Below are positions 35,978 to 45,097 of a stretch of 64,000 nt of DNA, piece by piece (position 1 is the first letter of the stretch; each line of letters starts with the position of its first letter). The stretch covers positions 286 to 64,285 of the forward strand of contig CANFKD010000001.1 of NCBI GenBank assembly GCA_947447115.1. Direction: 5' to 3'. A program made the translations under genes and the position numbers. The stretch is from Caulobacteraceae bacterium (GTDB lineage: Bacteria > Pseudomonadota > Alphaproteobacteria > Caulobacterales > Caulobacteraceae). A model generated the notes under the pieces. It worked only from the letters and a program-made list of their open reading frames with translations, did no database searches and was not told the DNA's origin.

Positions 35978-37644
35978 AGGTCTAGGGACCGGCCCTTGGT
36001 TTCGGGCAAGAACAGCACCGCCGTGATCACGCTAATGGCGGTAAAGATAACCGGATACCAAAGCCCAGAATAGATATTGCCCGTTGAGGCCACGATGGCG
36101 AAGGCCGTGAAGGGCAAGAAGCCTCCGATCCAGCCCGTGCCAATATGGTAGGGCAAGGACATGGCCGTATAGCGAATACGGGTAGGGAAAAGCTCGACCA
36201 AGCAGGCTGCAATGGGCCCAAAGAGCGAGGTAGCCGCCACAACAAAGACCATCAAGATCGCGAAGACCTTGGGCAGGTTCACCTTGGCGGGATCGGCCTT
36301 GGCCGGATAGCCGGCCGATTTAAGGGCGGCTTGAATGCGACCCTCAACATCGGTCTTTACAGCCTTGAGCCCGGCCTTATCCAAACCCTGACCATCGGCG
36401 GAATTGATGATGGTTTGACCGACCTTGACGTGGGCGAGGGTCCCGGCGGGCGCAGCCTCGGAATCGTAAGATACGCCAGCATTGGCCAGAACGTTCTTGG
36501 CGATGTCGCACGGGGTGGCAAAGACCGCCTTGCCCACCGGGTCGAACTGCAGGCTGCAGGTGGCGGGGTCAGCAACCACAACAACGGGCGTGTTGCGGCT
36601 GGCCCGTGCAAGGTCTGGATTGGCCGCCTCCATTAACATGTGAAAGCCTGGGAAGAAGGCCGCGAGCGCGAGGATCATACCCGCCAGCATGACCGGTTTG
36701 CGGCCAATGCGGTCCGATAACCAACCAAAGACGATATAGAGCGGTGCACTGGCCACCGTGGCGGCGATCATCAAAAGATTGACGGTTGCCGGTTCGACCT
36801 TGAGGAACTTTTCGAGAAAGATCTGGCTATAGAAAAAGCCCGTATACCAGACAGCGCCTTGGGCGCTCATGACGGCAAATAGAGCAATGAGAACGATCTT
36901 GAGATTGGGCCATTGACCGAACGATTCAGCATAGGGCGATTTGGATAGCTTGCCCTCGTCATGCATCTTTTTGAAAGACGGGCTCTCCGACAGTTTGAGT
37001 CTCATCCAAATGGAGATGCCAACCAGTAACGCTGAAAACATAAAGGGTATGCGCCAACCCCAAGCGGTAAAGGCGTCTTCACCAAGGATCTTGCGGGTGA
37101 TGAGGATCACGCCTAATGCCCCGAACAGGCCAAAGGCGGCTGAGGCTTGGATCCAACCGGTCATGCGACCGCGTTTGTCCCCATCGGAATGTTCCGCGAC
37201 ATAGATTGCTGCCCCGCCATATTCCCCGCCAAGCGCAAAGCCTTGAATGCAGCGGGCAATAATCAGCAGGATCGGCGAGATAATGCCCGCCTGCGCATAG
37301 GTCGGCAGGAACCCAACAGAAAAGGTGGCTCCCCCCATCAAGATTATGGTGGTCAGGAACGCTCCCTTGCGTCCGGCCCTATCGCCAATGCGGCCAAAAA
37401 CCAGCGCACCGAGCGGGCGCACGGCAAAACCAGCGCCAAAGATCGCAAGAGCAAAGATGAAGGCGAGGGTGTCGTTGACCCCAGCAAAGAAGGTCTTGGA
37501 GAGAATCTGGGTCAGGGTGCCGAAGATGAAGAAATCATACCACTCGAAGGTCGTTCCCGCTGAAGAGGCGGCGACGACGGTTCGCATAGAGGTGGGAGCC
37601 TCAACGGCTGGCTGGCTAGCCTCTTGTGTGGCAGCATCACTCAT
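35974..37644 (-). CDS. MFS transporter, metabolite:H+ symporter (MHS) family
   Basis: 556 aa. FEWYDFFIFG, GRIGDRAGRK and GGEYGG are typical MHS motifs. It also has a hydrophilic insertion of about 120 aa late in the protein. Confidence 0.88.
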   Translation of the reverse strand: MSDAATQEASQPAVEAPTSMRTVVAASSAGTTFEWYDFFIFGTLTQILSKTFFAGVNDTLAFIFALAIFGAGFAVRPLGALVFGRIGDRAGRKGAFLTTIILMGGATFSVGFLPTYAQAGIISPILLIIARCIQGFALGGEYGGAAIYVAEHSDGDKRGRMTGWIQASAAFGLFGALGVILITRKILGEDAFTAWGWRIPFMFSALLVGISIWMRLKLSESPSFKKMHDEGKLSKSPYAESFGQWPNLKIVLIALFAVMSAQGAVWYTGFFYSQIFLEKFLKVEPATVNLLMIAATVASAPLYIVFGWLSDRIGRKPVMLAGMILALAAFFPGFHMLMEAANPDLARASRNTPVVVVADPATCSLQFDPVGKAVFATPCDIAKNVLANAGVSYDSEAAPAGTLAHVKVGQTIINSADGQGLDKAGLKAVKTDVEGRIQAALKSAGYPAKADPAKVNLPKVFAILMVFVVAATSLFGPIAACLVELFPTRIRYTAMSLPYHIGTGWIGGFLPFTAFAIVASTGNIYSGLWYPVIFTAISVITAVLFLPETKGRSLDL

Positions 37645-37718
37645 GGACGGTTCCCCCTAAATATATTGGCCTACGCTCTAGCATTGGCGAGGCTTTGATG
37701 GAAAGTGCCAGGCTATGG

Positions 37719-38447
37719 CTAGCCGTCCAACCGATAGGTCATGGCATAGACAAAGCGGCCACCTGGATGGGTGCTGTCGGTGGCTAAAACCAGTTGGTCG
37801 CGCTCATCAAAATAGCGCCGAAGGGTGCGAAGGCCCGCCGAGCCCTTTTCGGTCCGTAAGGTCTTAGCCGTTGCCGCGTCCATGGTCTCGGCGGCGATTT
37901 CCTGTTCAATGCGGCGGGTTTGAACACCAAAATCGCGAGCAATCAGTTGGTGGATTGCCCCGTCCCAGCCTTCGAGCGCGCCAACAATCCCGGCAAATTC
38001 CAAAGGCACAAAGAGGGTCGATACCGCCACCGGCTCGGCACCCGAGCCCGCACTGGCAAGACGAAGCCCCTCGATGACCAACCATTGTTCACCCGGCTGA
38101 GCCTTAAGACGCTCAGCCTCGGCGAGGGTCAAGGCCCGTGGATTGGCCGAGCGGACACGAAGCTTGGCTTCACGGGCATATTGGGTCAGGGACTCAGCGC
38201 CGCCGAGCGCCTGCACGAAGGTTGGCGTCGAGTTGGCGGCAATGACGGTTGTCCCAGCCCCTCGGCGTCGCTCGACCAAACCGGCTTCACGCAGCAATCG
38301 CAGCGCATCTCTGACCGTATGGCGCGAGGCCGAATAGATCTGACACAGCTCCATTTCGGGCGGCAGGTGGTCGCCTACGCCGTACCGGCCTTCGGTAATG
38401 TCCGCGCGCAGGGCGGCGGCAAGCTGTCGATATCGAGGAAGGGTCAT
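37719..38447 (-). CDS. GntR-family transcriptional regulator (HutC/UTRA subfamily)
   Basis: An N-terminal wHTH (LPPEMELCQIYSASRHTVRDALRLLREAGLVERRRGAGTTV) and a UTRA-sized C-terminal domain. Confidence 0.88.
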   Translation of the reverse strand: MTLPRYRQLAAALRADITEGRYGVGDHLPPEMELCQIYSASRHTVRDALRLLREAGLVERRRGAGTTVIAANSTPTFVQALGGAESLTQYAREAKLRVRSANPRALTLAEAERLKAQPGEQWLVIEGLRLASAGSGAEPVAVSTLFVPLEFAGIVGALEGWDGAIHQLIARDFGVQTRRIEQEIAAETMDAATAKTLRTEKGSAGLRTLRRYFDERDQLVLATDSTHPGGRFVYAMTYRLDG

Positions 38448-38476
38448 GAGCCAGACATGGGTTGCAGACGCTCTTT

Positions 38477-39754
38477 CTATAGACCAGCGCGCATTTCGCG
38501 CCAGTCCCGTTCGAGACCTTCGCGGTGGGCCGGGGCGGCGAGGGTGATGAGCGCCTTGGCCCGATCGTCTAGGCCAAGGCCGCGAAGATCCGCCGATCCG
38601 AACTCGGTCACGACAATGGCCACATCGCCGCGCCCGACACTGACCGCGCCGCCGGTGAGCTTGGGCACAATGCGCGACAGGGCTCCAGCCTTGGCCGTCG
38701 CATTGAGGGCGATGATGGGTTTGCCCCCTTCAGAGCGTGCGGCCGCGCGCAAAAAGTCGTTGAGGCCGCCAATGCCTGAGACCTGACGGCCTCCTAAAAA
38801 CTCAGCATTGGCTTGACCCATAAGGTCAATTTCGAGCGCCGAATTAATCGCGGTAAACCGGGGTATCGCCGACAGTACGTCGCTGCTGTGGGTCTCGATG
38901 ACCGGGGTAAAGCGAACACGCGGGTCTTGGGACAGGCGCGTCATCAGCGCTTCGCTGCCAAGGGCAGCTCCAGTGACAATGGCGTCCAGGTCCTCTGAAA
39001 TGGCGCCGCAGTCCATCAGATCTAACAGGGGATCAATCACCATGCCGGACTTGACGCTCAGCCGCTTGCGATCCTTGATCGCGTTCATGACGGCAAAGCC
39101 CATCTTGCCAAGGCCCACCTGAATGGCGGCGCCGTCGACAATATAGTCCGCCACATTCCGCGCGATCGTCGCGAAGGTGGAGTCTAGCGTGCCCGGATCA
39201 TAGGTCATCATCGGCACGCTCGCCTCGACCACCACGTCAAAGCTGGCCAAGGCCACCTTGGGCGAGCGGGCAGGGGCGGGCATGTCCGGATTGACGTGGG
39301 CAATCTTGAAGACATCGCGTCCAATGACGGCGGGCTGGAAGTCACAGGAGGTGCCGAAACTGCACATCCCATCGGCGTCGGGCGCACTGACCTGAACCAG
39401 AGCGGCGTCTAGCGGCGTACGGCAAAACCAGCGCCAAGCTTCGCTATAGGCCTGGGGGACCAGAGCAAACCGGCCCTCATCGAAGCTTTCGCGCCAATCA
39501 GGGCTGACAAAAATGCCTTCACCGCGACTGGTCGCATGCAGCCTGGACCAGTCGGTTTGATTGACGCCCGGAATGGCGGCGCTGACAAACGTCAGATCTT
39601 TAGCGGCGTCGGGATTACGGCCATAGGCCTGCGCGAAAATAAGCGGCTCCGCCCCTGCGGTGGCGACAAATACCCGCCCGCCTGACCTAGAAAGGCGCGT
39701 CGCAAGCAGGGCGATGGCCTGGTCGGCATCGAGGCGGATCATAGCGTCTCCCAT
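38477..39754 (-). CDS. acetyl-CoA hydrolase/transferase family protein
   Basis: 425 aa. The C-terminal GGxxDF-type motif (SGIGGLNDFLRAA) and overall layout fit the family. The start is possibly the Met at 39739. Confidence 0.8.
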   Translation of the reverse strand: MGDAMIRLDADQAIALLATRLSRSGGRVFVATAGAEPLIFAQAYGRNPDAAKDLTFVSAAIPGVNQTDWSRLHATSRGEGIFVSPDWRESFDEGRFALVPQAYSEAWRWFCRTPLDAALVQVSAPDADGMCSFGTSCDFQPAVIGRDVFKIAHVNPDMPAPARSPKVALASFDVVVEASVPMMTYDPGTLDSTFATIARNVADYIVDGAAIQVGLGKMGFAVMNAIKDRKRLSVKSGMVIDPLLDLMDCGAISEDLDAIVTGAALGSEALMTRLSQDPRVRFTPVIETHSSDVLSAIPRFTAINSALEIDLMGQANAEFLGGRQVSGIGGLNDFLRAAARSEGGKPIIALNATAKAGALSRIVPKLTGGAVSVGRGDVAIVVTEFGSADLRGLGLDDRAKALITLAAPAHREGLERDWREMRAGL

Positions 39755-39931
39755 CGGTCAGAGGCTTGGCTTAGGGTCTGATGCCTAGGCTCAAACGGTT
39801 CGTTCAAGCCTGTTCATAGCCGGATGAGTGCCAAGCGCCAAGCCAGCGCAGATTGGGCTGCGCGGCGCTTTGTCGCCTCTTGACTGAATTTGGGGGCTGT
39901 CTGAGGCGCGTTCGGCGTTTATGGTAGTCCC

Positions 39932-41308
39932 ATGACCTTTACAAACCCCATCATCGAAGCTGGCATTGCTGGCCTTATCGCCCTTTATGATCAACGGGCT
40001 GTGACCCCTGTTGAAGCCACCCAAGCCTATTTGGCGCGCATCGAGCGTCTCGGTGGGCCTTTGAACGCCTATACGTCGGTGGACGAGGACGGCGCATTGA
40101 CCGCTGCGCGGGCCAGTGCTGAACGATGGGCCGCGGGCGAGCCCCTCTCTGGAATCGATGGCGTTCCCATCGCCATCAAGGGCAATATTGCGGTTGCGGG
40201 TATGCCGCTCCATGCCGGTATCGGCGCCCATCGCCACCGGATCGCCACTGAGGATGCGGCCTGCATCGCCGCCTTGCGTGAAGCCGGTGCGGTTATTTTA
40301 GGCATGCTCAATATGCATGAGGGCGCCGTTGGCGCGACCACGGACAATGAGGCCTTTGGTAAGGCGCACAATCCTTATGAGCAGGGTCTCACAGCGGGCG
40401 GCTCGTCCGGCGGCTCTGGTTCGGCCGTAGCGGCGGGTCTTTGCGCGGGTGCGCTCGGCACCGATACCCTTGGCAGCGTGCGTATTCCGGCCAGTTTTTG
40501 CGGCGTGGTCGGGCACAAGCCAACCCAAGGCCTGATTTCGATGGACGGCGTGGTCGCCCTGTCTTGGACGCTTGACCATGTCGGCGTTTTGGCCCGCTCG
40601 GCCCAGGACTGCGCCTATCTGTTGGCCCATGCGGCTGCGGTGGACGGTGATCTGGCCGAGTCCTTCTCGCAGATTGCCGATCTGGACGCCCTTCGGCCTG
40701 CCCCCTTTGCGGCGCTCGATCTCGCCCCCTTCGGCGACATCATCGATCCCGAACTGGTCAAGGCCTATGATGCGGCGATCGCTGCGGCGCGCGGTTTGGG
40801 GTTGGAGATCGAAACCATCAGCCTTGAGGGCTATGATTTCAACGCCATGATGCAACATGGCTATCTGATCATGACCGCTGAAGGGGCTGTGTCGCTGGAG
40901 GATGATCTGGCCTCAGGGCCTGAAGGCTTCAGTGTCGCGGGTCGTCAGACCTTTGGATGGGGCGCGGCTCAGCCTGCCGCCAGTTTGGCCAAGGCCTACC
41001 GCGCCGTTGGCGTCGCTGTCGATCTGGTCAAGGATCTTTTGACGCCCTATGCGGCACTGCTCTTGCCGACAACGCCGGGTCCTGCCTTTAGCTTCGATGA
41101 TGGCGGCGTGGCCCATGTTGCTGATTTTACAGCGCTGGGTGATTTTCTGGGCATGCCGTCCTGCGCGGCACCTATCGGTGTGACCAAGGCGGGCCTTCCC
41201 CTATCAATCCAAGCCTTGGCTTGGGACGATGAGACGGCTTTGAGCTTGGCGGATCTTGTCTCGAACGCCGCTCTTCCAACATCAACGCCCCAAGCCTTTC
41301 GCGGCTAG
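39932..41308 (+). CDS. amidase (amidase-signature family)
   Basis: AS signature GGSSGGSGSAVAAGL, with upstream KGNIAVAG and downstream GTDTLGSVRIPASFCG. Confidence 0.9.
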   Translation: MTFTNPIIEAGIAGLIALYDQRAVTPVEATQAYLARIERLGGPLNAYTSVDEDGALTAARASAERWAAGEPLSGIDGVPIAIKGNIAVAGMPLHAGIGAHRHRIATEDAACIAALREAGAVILGMLNMHEGAVGATTDNEAFGKAHNPYEQGLTAGGSSGGSGSAVAAGLCAGALGTDTLGSVRIPASFCGVVGHKPTQGLISMDGVVALSWTLDHVGVLARSAQDCAYLLAHAAAVDGDLAESFSQIADLDALRPAPFAALDLAPFGDIIDPELVKAYDAAIAAARGLGLEIETISLEGYDFNAMMQHGYLIMTAEGAVSLEDDLASGPEGFSVAGRQTFGWGAAQPAASLAKAYRAVGVAVDLVKDLLTPYAALLLPTTPGPAFSFDDGGVAHVADFTALGDFLGMPSCAAPIGVTKAGLPLSIQALAWDDETALSLADLVSNAALPTSTPQAFRG

Positions 41309-41432
41309 GTCTGTGCTGGTCGCTTAGGCGGCGCGATAGAGGTAAGCCATCACTTTCGTTGGGGTGGTTTGCCTAGACCGCAAATCAGGTCAATCTTGAG
41401 CCTTCAAGTGCTTGAAGGGTGGCTACGGCCTC

Positions 41433-42143
41433 ATGATTGACCCCGGTTTTTCTTCTGACGCCCAAATGGTTAGCGCCTTTGGATCGCTCGAGCGCTCGCT
41501 TAGCGCGGCTCCCGTGATTGGTGCTGCAGAACTTGCGGCCAATCTGGCAGCGCGTATGTGTCATGACTTTATCAGTCCGGCGAGCGCCATCGTCTCTGGC
41601 CTTGATCTGCTCGAAGATCCGACCGCTCAGGATATGCGCGATGATGCCATGAACCTGATTGCCGCCAGCGCGAAAAAGCTGGTGGAACTGCTGGCCTTCA
41701 CCCGAGTGGCCTTTGGGGCTTCGGCTACGGCAGAGATGTTTGACAGCCGCAGTTTACAAAGCCTCACCAACGGTATTTTCAGCCACGTTCGTCCGGAATT
41801 GAACTGGGCCGTGACGGCTAGCCAATTGAATAAGCCAGCCGCCCGCACGATCTTAAACCTCGCCCTCATCGGGGCGGGTGCCTTGCCGACCGGCGGTGTT
41901 GCCCGTTTGACGGCTGAGGTCGTAGGCGGCGACGTTCTGATGGCCGTCGAGGCGGTGGGCCCAAGGGTTCGGCTACGGCCTGAGGTCAAGGCGGGTCTTG
42001 CTGGCGAGCCCAAAGGCGAAGGCGTCGGCGGACACTGGATCCAAGCCTACTATCTGCATAGTCTCTTGAGTGAAGCTGGCGGGGCCATGGAAGTGACGGT
42101 TGGCGAAGACCGGGTCGTGGTTCGTGCGCGGGTCGGGGCCTAG
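41433..42143 (+). CDS. chpT: histidine phosphotransferase ChpT
   Basis: LAARMCHDFISPASAIVSGLDLLEDPTAQDMRDDAMNLIAASAKKL and FTRVAFGASA closely match my recollection of Caulobacter ChpT. The HisKA-like His is present and the CA-like domain is degenerate. Confidence 0.85.
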   Translation: MIDPGFSSDAQMVSAFGSLERSLSAAPVIGAAELAANLAARMCHDFISPASAIVSGLDLLEDPTAQDMRDDAMNLIAASAKKLVELLAFTRVAFGASATAEMFDSRSLQSLTNGIFSHVRPELNWAVTASQLNKPAARTILNLALIGAGALPTGGVARLTAEVVGGDVLMAVEAVGPRVRLRPEVKAGLAGEPKGEGVGGHWIQAYYLHSLLSEAGGAMEVTVGEDRVVVRARVGA

Positions 42144-42222
42144 GGTTTAAGCTGATGGATGGGGCCTTACCGCTATCAGGTCTGGGATCGGCGAGGATCA
42201 CCGCGCCCACGGGAGGGATTTT

Positions 42223-42588
42223 GTGAAAACCTGCCTCGTGGTCGATGACAGTGTCGCCATTCGCAAGGTGGCCCGCATGATCTTGGAAAATCTGGGCTTT
42301 CACGTCACCGAGGCCAGCGATGGACACGAAGCGATCGCCTGGTGCCGCGCTTCAATGCCGGACGCGATCCTGCTCGATTGGAACATGCCGCTGATGTCGG
42401 GCATAGATTTTTTGCGTCAGCTCCGCGCAGAGCCCCAAGGTGGAGCACCAAAGGTCCTGTTCTGCACCGTTGAAAATGACCTATTTCATATCAATGAGGC
42501 CCTCAAAGCGGGGGCCGACGAATATATCATGAAGCCCTTTGATGGGGACGTGATCAGCGCCAAGTTTGCCGAGGTGGGTCTGATATGA
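42223..42588 (+). CDS. single-domain response regulator (CheY-like receiver)
   Basis: 121 aa with a DD pair (VVDDS), phospho-acceptor D (ILLDWNMP) and conserved K (IMKPF). Confidence 0.9.
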   Translation: MKTCLVVDDSVAIRKVARMILENLGFHVTEASDGHEAIAWCRASMPDAILLDWNMPLMSGIDFLRQLRAEPQGGAPKVLFCTVENDLFHINEALKAGADEYIMKPFDGDVISAKFAEVGLI

Positions 42589-43412
42589 CGCCCGATGACC
42601 TGTCTCTCATTTGCCGGATCGTTCGGGCGAGAGCCGGATATGTCATCGATCAGGCTAAGGCCGCGATGATCGAAAACCGCTTAGGTCCACTGGTTCGGCG
42701 TGAGGGCTTCAACAGCCTTTCGGATCTGGTTACCGCGATCAAAACAAAGCGCGATGAGCGTCTGGTATGGGCGCTGGCTGATGCCATGCTTCCTAAGGAC
42801 ACGGCCTTTTTCCGCGACCGCACGCCCTTTAGCCAATTTCGAGATGTGATCCTGCCGGACTTGGAGCAGCGATTGGGCACACAGCCCCTTCGGATTTGGA
42901 GCGCGGGCTGCGCAACAGGGGAAGAGGCCTATTCTCTGGCCTTGGCTCTCGATGAGGCGCGGGCTGGCCGCGGGGGCCGTGCCATTGAGATCGTGGGTTC
43001 GGACCTGTCTGACCGCTGCATTGAGCGTGCGGCCGCCGGAATCTTTAGCCAGATGGAGGTGCAGAAGGGCCTGCCGATCCGCTATCTGGTCCGTCATTTC
43101 GACCGTCAAGATGAGGCGTGGCACCTGTCAGCCTCTATTCGACAGAAGGTCCAATGGAGCCGCGTCAACCTGATTTCCGAGATCAGCACTGTGGGCCAGT
43201 TTGACGTGATCTTTTGCCGCTATGTCTTAGGCGGTTTTGACGATCTGATGCGCAAGCAGGTTCTGTCGCAATTGGCGGGTGCCTTGAACGATAATGGATA
43301 TCTGATTGTCGGGCGTGATGAGGCGGTGTTGGATCAGGCCGTCGGCCTCTCCCCCGTTTGGGGCTCTTCAGACGTCTATCGACGTGACCCCGCCCTTAGG
43401 ATTGTGGCTTAG
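42585..43412 (+). CDS. cheR: CheR-family protein-glutamate O-methyltransferase
   Basis: TAFFRD, the SAM motif IWSAGCATGEEAYSLA and FCRYVL. It overlaps the receiver gene by 4 nt. Confidence 0.88.
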   Translation: MTPDDLSLICRIVRARAGYVIDQAKAAMIENRLGPLVRREGFNSLSDLVTAIKTKRDERLVWALADAMLPKDTAFFRDRTPFSQFRDVILPDLEQRLGTQPLRIWSAGCATGEEAYSLALALDEARAGRGGRAIEIVGSDLSDRCIERAAAGIFSQMEVQKGLPIRYLVRHFDRQDEAWHLSASIRQKVQWSRVNLISEISTVGQFDVIFCRYVLGGFDDLMRKQVLSQLAGALNDNGYLIVGRDEAVLDQAVGLSPVWGSSDVYRRDPALRIVA

Positions 43413-44019
43413 ACGCCTGCACCATCATCAAGCCTAAGGCCCTTGCCTGAGCATCATCGGATTGGGATAGGGCGGTCCTTACCCCCTCGATGGCCTCACG
43501 GGGCTTATTTTGCGACAGTTTGCTCACCCCGGTTAGGCTCGTGACATCCATCTCATAGGCAATGATCCCCTGACGCACCATGGTTTCAAATCGGACAGGA
43601 TCCATCTTGGCGCGGGTCCAGACGGGTTTGGGTGCAAGCCGCGCCTCGAACATGGCGGACAGATCATCCAACATCAGGGCGGCCTGTTCTGGCGCTATTG
43701 CGCGAACGGTGCCCGATATCTCTGCTGAGACATAGTTCCAAGTGGGGACCTGATCGCGAATTCCGTACCAGTCGGGACTGACATAGGCGTCCGGTCCTGT
43801 GACCGCACACAGGGCGCGTGGATCATGGGCAAGGGCAGCGTTCAGTCCATTGGCGCTGGAAAGGTGAAACCTTAAGATTGACTGTTCCAACAGCACCGGC
43901 GCATGGGCACAGACCGGTCCATTGGGACCATGGGCTATGATCAGACCAAAACCACGTTCGGCAATCAGGTTTCTGAGGCGATCTTCGTCGGTTTCTAAAA
44001 AGGCTGAAGTGGGGTGCAT
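43396..44019 (-). CDS. FMN-binding negative transcriptional regulator (PaiB family)
   Basis: GFGLII, HAP, YVSPDWY, VPTWNY and KLSQNK motifs. The start is the ATG at 44019. Confidence 0.85.
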   Translation of the reverse strand: MHPTSAFLETDEDRLRNLIAERGFGLIIAHGPNGPVCAHAPVLLEQSILRFHLSSANGLNAALAHDPRALCAVTGPDAYVSPDWYGIRDQVPTWNYVSAEISGTVRAIAPEQAALMLDDLSAMFEARLAPKPVWTRAKMDPVRFETMVRQGIIAYEMDVTSLTGVSKLSQNKPREAIEGVRTALSQSDDAQARALGLMMVQASKPQS

Positions 44020-44097
44020 GGGTAGGACTTCCAGCGGATTGAAGCTTAAGCTCTGAATGATCATGTGCCGTTCATCAAGACACGCTATAAAGACCCT

Positions 44098-44451
44098 ATG
44101 ACAAACCCATCCAAAATTGCAGGCCTATTGCTGGCCGCCAGTCTTGTCGCGGCCACTGTGACGGTGCCGGCGGCCTTGGCCCAAACCGCAGCCCCCATGA
44201 TTGCGGCGGGTCAAAAGGTCGTGGATCCAGAAGGCCGCCTGCTGGGCAGCGTCGAGCGGATCATCTTGGATGCGGCAGGCAAGCCCAGCCAAGTGGTCAT
44301 CCGTACGATTGCGGTCCGCGGCGGCTCACCGAGCGCGCTTAAGGTCTTGCCGCTGGCTGCCTTCATGGCGTCCGACAAACCTACCACCCCTCCGACCGTC
44401 GTTGCGCCCTTGGCGCGAGAGGAAATTGACCTCTTACCGAATGCTCAATAG
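44098..44451 (+). CDS. secreted PRC-barrel domain protein
   Basis: Signal peptide MTNPSKIAGLLLAASLVAATVTVPAALA, then VVDPEGRLLGSVERIILDAAGKPSQVVI, which is PRC-barrel-like. Confidence 0.6.
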   Translation: MTNPSKIAGLLLAASLVAATVTVPAALAQTAAPMIAAGQKVVDPEGRLLGSVERIILDAAGKPSQVVIRTIAVRGGSPSALKVLPLAAFMASDKPTTPPTVVAPLAREEIDLLPNAQ

Positions 44452-44454
44452 GGC

Positions 44455-44967
44455 CTAACGCTCCACCGGAGAAGCACCGCGCCGGCCCCCCGCAAGCGGT
44501 AGGCCAGGTCGTTTGATAATGGTCTGAAGGACGAGGCTGGAATTGACGTGCGACACGCCGGTAAGGCGCGTCAGGCGGGTGGAGTGGATGCGAGCAAGGT
44601 CATCAACATCCGTGGCCACGACCCGCACCAGAAAATCCGACGAGCCGGTCATGAGATAGCATTCCATAACCTCCGGAACGGTCGCGATGTCTCGTTCAAA
44701 GGCCGCTAGGGCGGCCTCAGACTGTTCCGTAAGTCCAATTGTAACAAACACCGTTAAGGGCAGGCCGACGGCTCGGGGATTGATGACTGCGGCATAGCGC
44801 TCGATCACGCCGCGCTGTTCGAGGAGCTTTACCCGGCGAAGACAGGCGCTTTCAGACAGGTTGGCTTGACGCGCGAGGTCGGAATTTGTGCTTCGACCAT
44901 CCCTTTGCAGGGCTGTCAGCAGGGCTAAATCGGTCGGATCGAGATCGACTTGGGTCATGTTGGTCAT
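44455..44967 (-). CDS. Lrp/AsnC-family transcriptional regulator
   Basis: LDPTDLALLTALQRDGRSTNSDLARQANLSESACLRRVKLLEQRGVI plus a RAM-type C-terminal domain. It is divergent from ald. Confidence 0.9.
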   Translation of the reverse strand: MTNMTQVDLDPTDLALLTALQRDGRSTNSDLARQANLSESACLRRVKLLEQRGVIERYAAVINPRAVGLPLTVFVTIGLTEQSEAALAAFERDIATVPEVMECYLMTGSSDFLVRVVATDVDDLARIHSTRLTRLTGVSHVNSSLVLQTIIKRPGLPLAGGRRGASPVER

Positions 44968-45097
44968 GATTCCTGCGAAAATTTGGCAATTACTAGAAGA
45001 ATATGCGGAAAAATGGAGATTATACCACCCAAATAGGCGGAAAACGCAATTTGATCTCGTCTATCCTGTGGCATCTGACGTTCCTCAGGAGGCGATC

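Noticed and set aside
37920-38786. A 288-aa plus-strand ORF spanning the GntR gene and the acetyl-CoA transferase gene.
   Set aside because: It crosses an intergenic gap and two well-supported minus-strand genes. It is Arg/Pro/Ser-rich, as expected for an antisense frame.
44888-45097. The N-terminal 70-codon extension of the alanine dehydrogenase ORF in the track.
   Set aside because: The extension overlaps the divergent lrp gene. The canonical Ald N-terminus MRIGVPKEIK starts at 45098 with AGGAGG upstream.
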